Positions 28,206-34,321 of a stretch of 34,321 nucleotides of DNA are shown in pieces; the first letter of the stretch is position 1; each line of letters begins with the position of its first letter. The notes under the pieces are model-generated. The model saw only the letters and a program-made list of their open reading frames with translations, searched no databases and was not told the DNA's origin. A program made the position numbers and the translations under genes. Where the stretch lies: contig CAXTFU010000005.1 of NCBI GenBank assembly GCA_964243385.1, forward strand, positions 8,713-43,033, read 5' to 3'. Source of the DNA: an uncultured bacterium. Its GTDB lineage: Bacteria > Actinomycetota > Actinomycetes > Mycobacteriales > SCTD01.

Positions 28206-28242
28206 CCCGCTTGAGCCTGCCGGACCCGGGCAGGGCTCGGGC

Positions 28243-29421
28243 ATGGTCATGCCCCGCACCCTCGTCGTCGTCCTCGCCGGTGGAGCCGGCAGCCGCCTGG
28301 AGCTGCTGACGCAGACCCGGGCCAAGCCCGCCGTCCCCTACGGCGGGCACTACCGGCTCGTCGACGTCGTCCTGTCGAACTGCCAGCACTCCGGGCTGTC
28401 GGAGGTCTGGCTGACGCAGCAGACGAACCCCGTCTCGCTCACCGACCACCTCAACGGCGGCCGCCCGTGGGACCTCGACCGCACCCGCGGCGGCTTCATG
28501 GTGCTCGCGCCCCGGCAGGACAAGGACACCGGCAAGGGCGGCTTCGCCCAGGGCACCGCCGACGTGCTGTGGCGGCACACCGAGCTCATCCGCGAGTTCG
28601 CCCCGGACGCGCTCGTCGTCGTGAGCTCGGACGCCGTCTACCGGCTCGACTACGAGCAGGTCGTGCGCGGGCACCTCGCCGACGACGCCGACGTCACGAT
28701 GGTGACGACGCGGGTCGAGCCGGGCGACGCCTCGCGCTACGGCGTGGTGCAGACGGCGGACGGGCGGGTCACCGACTACGCCTACAAGCCGGACGAGCCG
28801 GCGAGCGACCTCGTCACCAACGAGGTGTTCGTCTTCACGCCCGGCCCGGTGCTCGACCTGCTCGACGAGCTCGGCGAGGCCGCCGGTGAGGAGGGGCTGT
28901 CCGACCTCGGCGACGCGCTGCTGCCCCGCCTCGTCGAGGCCGGACGCGCCCGGGAGCACCGCTTCGAGGGCTACTGGCGCGACCTCGGCACGATCGAGGC
29001 GTACTGGTCGGCGCACATGGACCTGCTCGACGACGAGCCGCCGTTCGACCCGGGCGACGACGACTGGCGTCTCATCACCCGCGGCGGCAACCGCCCGCCG
29101 GCGCGCATCCGCACCGGCGCCACCGTCGAGGACTCGCTGCTGTCGCCGGGCAGCGCCGTCGGCGGCACCGTCCGCCGCAGCGTCCTGTCGCCGCACGCCG
29201 TCGTCGAGGCGGGCGCGGAGGTGCGCGACAGCATCCTGCTGCACGGCGCGACCGTCCGCAGCGGCGCGCGAGTCTTCCGGGCCGTGCTCGACCAGGGCGC
29301 CGAGGTCGCCGCCGGCGTGACCGTCGGTGGCGACGGCGACATCGCCCTGGTCGGCCGCGGCGAGACCGTCAGCGCCGACCTGCCGGCCGGCGGCCGCCAG
29401 CCCGTCCTCGACGACGACTGA
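28243..29421 (+). CDS. glgC: Glucose-1-phosphate adenylyltransferase family protein (GlgC-like)
   Basis: LAGGAGSRL, RAKPAVPYGG.YRL, GTAD, YWRDLGT and a C-terminal hexapeptide beta-helix. Start is 28243 or 28249. Confidence 0.85.
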   Translation: MVMPRTLVVVLAGGAGSRLELLTQTRAKPAVPYGGHYRLVDVVLSNCQHSGLSEVWLTQQTNPVSLTDHLNGGRPWDLDRTRGGFMVLAPRQDKDTGKGGFAQGTADVLWRHTELIREFAPDALVVVSSDAVYRLDYEQVVRGHLADDADVTMVTTRVEPGDASRYGVVQTADGRVTDYAYKPDEPASDLVTNEVFVFTPGPVLDLLDELGEAAGEEGLSDLGDALLPRLVEAGRAREHRFEGYWRDLGTIEAYWSAHMDLLDDEPPFDPGDDDWRLITRGGNRPPARIRTGATVEDSLLSPGSAVGGTVRRSVLSPHAVVEAGAEVRDSILLHGATVRSGARVFRAVLDQGAEVAAGVTVGGDGDIALVGRGETVSADLPAGGRQPVLDDD

Positions 29422-29535
29422 GCCGCGCGGCGGCCGCGGTCGCGGTGCCGCGTCGGCGCTGCCCGTGCCCGCTCTGCGGCCGACCTCCGCGCGCCGGCCC
29501 ATGGGCCTCCTGGCACTGCCGAGACCGACCAGCGC

Positions 29536-29615
29536 GCACACGTCGCGGTCCTGCGCCGTCGCCGGCACGCTGGCCTCCGCGCCTGCCCCGGGCCCGTGAC
29601 GATCACGACGTGTGC
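29536..29615. repeat. REPIN-like element copy 1 (15-bp inverted termini, 50-bp spacer)
   Basis: GCACACGTCGcGgTC (29536-29550) ... GATCACGACGTGTGC (29601-29615). Confidence 0.8.
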
Positions 29616-29750
29616 GGGCGCGTCGGGTCGAGGTCGAGCCCGTTGCGCGGCGCCGCCGTCCGGCCTGACGGGGGTCCTGCTCCTGGGTCCCGCACCGTCC
29701 GTCGCTGGTGTCCGCCGCCACCGGGGGACTCGCCGACGGCCGACCGCGCC

Positions 29751-29830
29751 GCACACGTCGTGATCCGCCCGTCGGGCGTCGTCCGCGTGCGTGGCGCCTG
29801 GCGGACGTCGCGAACGATCACGACGTGTGC
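29751..29830. repeat. REPIN-like element copy 2 (perfect 15-bp inverted termini, 50-bp spacer)
   Basis: GCACACGTCGTGATC (29751-29765) ... GATCACGACGTGTGC (29816-29830). Confidence 0.85.
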
Positions 29831-29871
29831 CGGCGGGCCGGCGGTCGGGGCTGGAGCCCGGCGCGCGAGCG

Positions 29872-31152
29872 CTACAGCGGCAGGTCCTCGAGCATCTCGG
29901 TCACCAACGCGGCGATCGGGGAGCGCTCGGACCGGGTGAGCGTCACGTGCGCGAACAGCGGGTGGCCCTTGAGCGCCTCGATGACCGCGGCCACGCCGTC
30001 GTGCCGCCCCACGCGCAGGTTGTCGCGCTGGGCGACGTCGTGGGTGAGCACCACGCGCGAGCCCTGGCCGAGGCGGGACAGCACCGTGAGCAGCACGCCG
30101 CGCTCGAGCGACTGCGCCTCGTCGACGATGACGAACGCGTCGTGCAGCGAGCGCCCACGGATGTGGGTGAGCGGCAGGACCTCGAGCAGGCCGCGGGCGA
30201 GCACCTCCTCGACGACCTCGGGCGCCACGAGCGCGCCGAGCGTGTCGAAGACCGCCTGCGCCCACGGCCCCATCTTCTCGGCCGAGTCGCCGGGCAGGTA
30301 GCCGAGGTCCTGGCCACCGACGGCGTACAGCGGGCGGAAGACGACGATCTTCTTGTGCGCGCCGCGCTCGAGCACCGACTCCAGGCCGGCGCACAGCGCG
30401 AGCGCCGACTTGCCGGTGCCGGCGCGGCCGCCGAGCGAGACGATGCCGATCTCGGGGTCGAGCAGCAGGTCGATGGCGACGCGCTGCTCGGCGCTGCGCC
30501 CGTGCACGCCGAACGCGTCGCGGTCGCCGCGCACGAGCCGGACCGACTTGTCGGGTGCCACGCGGCCGAGGCCGCTGCCCCGCTCGGACAGCAGGACCAG
30601 GCCGGTGTGCGTCGGCAGCTCGGCGGCCTCGGGCAGCTCGAGCCGTGCGCCTGCGTAGAGCAGGTCGAGGTCGCTGCCGGCCACCTCGAGCTCGGCCATG
30701 CCCGTCCAGCCGGTCGACACGGCGAGCTCGGCGCGGTACTCCTGCGCTCGCAGGCCGATCGCGGCCGCCTTCACCCGCAGCGGCAGGTCCTTGGAGACGA
30801 GCACGACGTCGGCGCCCTCGCAGGCCAGGTTGTGCGCGACGGCCAGGATGCGGCTGTCGCCGTCCTGCCCGCGCACCGCGGCCGGCAGGGTCGAAGTGTC
30901 GACGTGGTTGAGCTCGACCCGCAGGGTGCCCAGGCCCATCGGCAGCGGCTGGTCGAGCCGGCCGTGCGCGACGCGCAGGTCGTCGAGCAGGCGCAGCGCC
31001 TGCCGGGCGAACCAGCCGAGCTCGGGGTGGTCGCGCTTGCCCTCGAGCTCGCTGACGACGACGAGCGGGAGGACGACCTCGTGCTCGGCGAACCGGGCGA
31101 CGGCGCCCGGGTCGGACAGCAGGACGGAGGTGTCGAGCACGAAGACGGTCAT
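29872..31152 (-). CDS. phoH2: PhoH2: PIN-domain RNase fused to PhoH ATPase/RNA helicase
   Basis: PIN motifs VLDTSVL, ELE, DSRIL, SKD. P-loop [30 protein letters not shown]. Confidence 0.93.
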   Translation of the reverse strand: MTVFVLDTSVLLSDPGAVARFAEHEVVLPLVVVSELEGKRDHPELGWFARQALRLLDDLRVAHGRLDQPLPMGLGTLRVELNHVDTSTLPAAVRGQDGDSRILAVAHNLACEGADVVLVSKDLPLRVKAAAIGLRAQEYRAELAVSTGWTGMAELEVAGSDLDLLYAGARLELPEAAELPTHTGLVLLSERGSGLGRVAPDKSVRLVRGDRDAFGVHGRSAEQRVAIDLLLDPEIGIVSLGGRAGTGKSALALCAGLESVLERGAHKKIVVFRPLYAVGGQDLGYLPGDSAEKMGPWAQAVFDTLGALVAPEVVEEVLARGLLEVLPLTHIRGRSLHDAFVIVDEAQSLERGVLLTVLSRLGQGSRVVLTHDVAQRDNLRVGRHDGVAAVIEALKGHPLFAHVTLTRSERSPIAALVTEMLEDLPL

Positions 31153-31235
31153 GGGGTCCCCTGGCGCGCCGAGCTGCAGTCGACCGGGACCGACCCACGG
31201 GGCCGGGCGCCGGCCCCTTCGCACGCACTGCGCAT
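31149..31235 (-). CDS. Candidate 28-aa uORF translationally coupled to phoH2
   Basis: GGGAGG SD 4 nt before the ATG; [28 protein letters not shown]. The TGA overlaps the phoH2 ATG (ATGA). Confidence 0.35.
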   Translation of the reverse strand: MRSACEGAGARPRGSVPVDCSSARQGTP

Positions 31236-31282
31236 CGGGCCTCCCGCAGCGGTCGACGGACTGCCGGCCGCTGCTCCGGACG

Positions 31283-32533
31283 CTAGGACGCCTCGTGGGT
31301 CCCGGGACGCCCGACACGCGGCACGATCTGGTGAACAGCGCGTTGCGCCAGCTCGTCGCGCAGGGCTGCGGGCGTCAGCTGCTCGTCGAGCAGGCGGACG
31401 AAGCGGGCGCCCACCGGCACGTCCGCCGGGCGGTCCGCCAGCCAGCGCGTGAGCAGCCGCTCGCCCTCGACGTAGGTGCTCATGTAGGCCCGCCACAGCG
31501 GGTCGGTGAGGAAGCTGACGGTCTTGCGGGCGCGCGCCGGCGACTGCAGCGCCCAGCGGGCCAGGTGCGCCTCGGCCTGCTCGGCGGAGGCGCCGCGGTC
31601 GTGCAGCAGCAGCGCGGCGTCCTGGCGGACCGCACCGAGCGGGGCTGCCGCCCGGGCGATGCGCTGGCCGAGCTCGCCGTCGTAGGCGATGCCGAGGTCG
31701 GCGTACAGCTCGCTCACGACCGGCCCCCACGCCAGCAGGTCGAGCCCGGCGAGCCCGAGGTTGGCGAGCCCCTCGGCCATGAGGTTCTCCGGCGTGTTCA
31801 CCAGCCACAGGTCGTACTCGGGCAGGTCGCGGTGGGCGACCTGCTTGCGGCACCGCTCGGTGTGGTGGCCGGGGTAGGACTCGTGCGCGACGAGCGACGG
31901 CAGCGAGCCGAGCCCGACCGGGAGGTCGGCGTTGATCGCGACGGTGCTGCGGAAGCCGCCGAGGTAGTAGTTGAAGCCCGACCACGGCTGGTCGCGGACG
32001 ATCTCGTACTCGACGACCTCCTCGTCCGGCAGCGCGAAGGCCGTCCGGGCCCGCTCGCGCAGCAGCGTCGAGGTCTCCCGCACGGCGTCGGCGAGCCGCT
32101 CGGGCGGCACGGACTGCGCGTCGCGGTAGGCGGTGTACCGCTCGAGCAGCGGCCCGGTGCCGGGCAGCAGCCGGTCGAGCTCGGCGTGCGCGTCGGCGTA
32201 CGCGCCCTCGTCGCCGAGCTCGGGCCGCACCGAGAAGAACGCCTCGACCTGGTCGAGGTAGGGCAGCTGCTCGCCGTCGAGCACCCGTGCGCTGCAGGCC
32301 AGGCCGGTCAGCTGCGCGGACAGCCAGCGCGTCCGCTGCGGGCCCAGGCCCGCGGACGGCAGCTCGTCCAGCAGTCCCCTCGCCTGCCGGCCCAGCTCGG
32401 CCGGTGCGGGCACCGGGCCGCTCTCGACCTCGGCGCGCACCTGCGCCGGGCCCGTCCAGGCGTCGACGAACCCCCGCGAGAGGCGGTCGAAGGCCAGGCC
32501 CAGGCGGACGTAGCCGTCGACGACGTCGAGCAC
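31283..32533 (-). CDS. DUF885-like putative metalloprotein/peptidase
   Basis: AHESYPGHH and AEGLA motifs, [11 protein letters not shown]; starts 4 nt after the prenyltransferase stop. Confidence 0.75.
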   Translation of the reverse strand: MLDVVDGYVRLGLAFDRLSRGFVDAWTGPAQVRAEVESGPVPAPAELGRQARGLLDELPSAGLGPQRTRWLSAQLTGLACSARVLDGEQLPYLDQVEAFFSVRPELGDEGAYADAHAELDRLLPGTGPLLERYTAYRDAQSVPPERLADAVRETSTLLRERARTAFALPDEEVVEYEIVRDQPWSGFNYYLGGFRSTVAINADLPVGLGSLPSLVAHESYPGHHTERCRKQVAHRDLPEYDLWLVNTPENLMAEGLANLGLAGLDLLAWGPVVSELYADLGIAYDGELGQRIARAAAPLGAVRQDAALLLHDRGASAEQAEAHLARWALQSPARARKTVSFLTDPLWRAYMSTYVEGERLLTRWLADRPADVPVGARFVRLLDEQLTPAALRDELAQRAVHQIVPRVGRPGTHEAS

Positions 32534-32537
32534 CCGG

Positions 32538-33311
32538 TCAGCTGCCGAACCGGCGCTGGCGCGCGGCGTAGGCGCGCAGCGCGCGCAGGAAGTCGACGCG
32601 GCGGAAGTCCGGCCAGTAGGCCTCGCAGAAGTAGAACTCGCTGTGCGCGCTCTGCCACAGCAGGAACCCCGACAGCCGCTGCTCGCCGCTGGTGCGGATG
32701 ACGAGGTCGGGGTCGGGCTGGCCGCGCGTGTAGAGGTGCTCGGAGATGTGCTCGACGTCGAGCAGCTCGGCGACCTGCTCGAGGCTGCGTCCCTCGGCGG
32801 CGTGTGCCTGCAGCATCGAGCGGACGGCGTCGGCGATCTCGCGCCGGCCGCCGTAGCCGACGGCGACGTTCACCTCGACGCCCGGACGGCCCTCGGTGCC
32901 GCTCGCCGCCTCCTTGAGCCGGCGCGCGGTCTCCGCCGGCAGCAGGTCGAGCGCCCCGACGATGCGGATCGTCCAGCGGCCCTCGGGCCCGGCCAGGTCG
33001 CTCACGAGCGTCTCGATGATGCGCAGCAGCGGGGCGAGCTCGGGCGCGGGACGGCTGAGGTTGTCGGTCGACAGGAGCCACAGCGTGACGAGCTCGACGC
33101 CCGCGTCGTCGCACCAGCCGAGCAGGTCGCGGATCTTGCGCGCGCCGGCCCGGTGGCCGTGGTTGGGGTCCTCGAGGCCGAGCTCCTTGGCCCACCGGCG
33201 GTTGCCGTCGACGATGACGCCGACGTGCCGCGGGACCGCTGCGCCGGACCGCTCGAGCGCCTTTGCGAGGCGACGCTCGTACGCCCCGTAGGCGAGGTCG
33301 CGCAGCCCCAC
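32538..33311 (-). CDS. cis-prenyltransferase (isoprenyl transferase, Rv1086-like short-chain Z-isoprenyl diphosphate synthase)
   Basis: PRHVGVIVDGNRRWA, LLSTDNL, YGGR, PDLVIRTSGEQRLSGFLLWQS. GGAGG SD before GTG 33311. Confidence 0.93.
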   Translation of the reverse strand: MGLRDLAYGAYERRLAKALERSGAAVPRHVGVIVDGNRRWAKELGLEDPNHGHRAGARKIRDLLGWCDDAGVELVTLWLLSTDNLSRPAPELAPLLRIIETLVSDLAGPEGRWTIRIVGALDLLPAETARRLKEAASGTEGRPGVEVNVAVGYGGRREIADAVRSMLQAHAAEGRSLEQVAELLDVEHISEHLYTRGQPDPDLVIRTSGEQRLSGFLLWQSAHSEFYFCEAYWPDFRRVDFLRALRAYAARQRRFGS

Positions 33312-33416
33312 GCCCGCCTCCGTCCCGGCCCTGCTCAGGGCCCTCCCGCAGGGTATCCGCCTGCTCACGCGCGCGACGGCTCCCGGCGGGGCGGGCCACC
33401 CGTCAGGGCGACCCGG

Positions 33417-34321
33417 TCAGCCCTCGGCCAGCCGGCGCACGAGGGCGGCGTGCTCGTCGGTGATGGCCTGCGGGAGGCGGTCGCCGAACTGCGCGAAGTA
33501 CTCCGGCATGAGCGCGGCCTCCTGCGTCCAGACCTCGCGGTCGACGCTGAGCAGCACCTCGAGGTGCTCGGCCGGGAGGTCGAGCCCGTCGACGTCGAGC
33601 TCGCCCTCGGCCGGCAGCACGCCGATCGGCGTGCGGCGGCCCTCGACGGCGCCGTCCAGCCGGTCGACGATCCACTTCAGGACGCGGCTGTTCTCGCCGA
33701 AGCCCGGCCACAGCCAGGTGCCCTCGTCGTCCTTCAGGAACCAGTTGACGGAGTAGATGCGCGGCAGCTTGGCCGGGTCGGCGGACGCGCCGAGCCGCAG
33801 CCAGTGGCCCATGTGGTCGCCCATGTTGTAGCCGCAGAACGGCAGCATGGCGAAGGGGTCGCGGCGCAGCTGGCCGATGGCGCCGGCCGCAGCGGCGGTC
33901 GTCTCGGACGACACCGAGGCGGCCAGGAACGTGCCGTGCTGCCAGTCGAAGGACTCGGTCACGAGCGGGACGGCGGTGGCGCGCCGTCCGCCGAACAGGA
34001 TCGCCGAGATCGGGACGCCCTTCGGGTCCTCCCACTCCGGCGCCATGGTCGGGCACTGGCCGGCGGGGGTCGTGAAGCGGCTGTTCGGGTGCGCGGCCGG
34101 CGTCTCGGACTCCGGCGTCCAGGCGTTGCCCAGCCAGTCGGTCAGGCCCGCGGGCGGCGTCGAGGTGAGCCCCTCCCACCAGACGTCGCCGTCGTCGGTG
34201 AGCGCGACGTTGGTGAAGATGGAGTTGCCGAAGAAGGTGCGCACGGCGTTGGCGTTGGTGTCCTCGCCGGTGCCGGGGGCGACGCCGAAGAAGCCCGCCT
34301 CGGGGTTGATGGCGTAGAGCC
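33417..34321 (-). CDS. pckG: Phosphoenolpyruvate carboxykinase (GTP), C-terminal part (5' end outside the window)
   Basis: [53 protein letters not shown]. Confidence 0.97.
   Translation of the reverse strand, partial: LYAINPEAGFFGVAPGTGEDTNANAVRTFFGNSIFTNVALTDDGDVWWEGLTSTPPAGLTDWLGNAWTPESETPAAHPNSRFTTPAGQCPTMAPEWEDPKGVPISAILFGGRRATAVPLVTESFDWQHGTFLAASVSSETTAAAAGAIGQLRRDPFAMLPFCGYNMGDHMGHWLRLGASADPAKLPRIYSVNWFLKDDEGTWLWPGFGENSRVLKWIVDRLDGAVEGRRTPIGVLPAEGELDVDGLDLPAEHLEVLLSVDREVWTQEAALMPEYFAQFGDRLPQAITDEHAALVRRLAEG

Noticed and set aside
29536-29830. Possible CRISPR or integron attC array
   Set aside because: Repeats alternate in orientation, number only four, and have no cas gene, integrase or cassette ORFs; reported as REPIN-like instead.

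Overview
Very GC-rich actinobacterial chromosomal DNA; genus cannot be assigned from the sequence alone. From ~13.1 kb onward it is the conserved actinobacterial core locus ychF-rmuC-DUF6542-ispH-(Rv1109c-like)-xseA-xseB-DUF4245-glpX-fumC-phoH2-cis-prenyltransferase, ending in a partial pckG. Accessory genes are interleaved: flavin reductase/TetR, a CDF transporter, an S66 peptidase, xth, a DinB remnant, a GlgC-family gene and a DUF885-like gene. The first 13 kb is accessory: SAM methyltransferase, esterase, an HTH regulator-SRPBCC pair with a clear operator, an Lnu/ANT(2'')-like nucleotidyltransferase and an 8.6-kb gene for a 2863-aa surface protein. That protein is the best novelty candidate. 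It has an N-terminal multi-pass membrane domain, an internal signal-peptide-like segment, CSLREA/choice-of-anchor-Q-like, ~12 Ig-like and ~7 Cys-paired InlB-B-like repeats, and an unrecognised helical C-terminal domain. Non-coding signals include two REPIN-like 80-bp elements with identical geometry, a 14-bp VNTR, a uORF coupled to phoH2, many leaderless -10 boxes and three candidate SigF/SigB-type promoters. No rRNA, tRNA, CRISPR array, integrase or transposase was seen. Family calls come from motif recognition by eye, not database searches.
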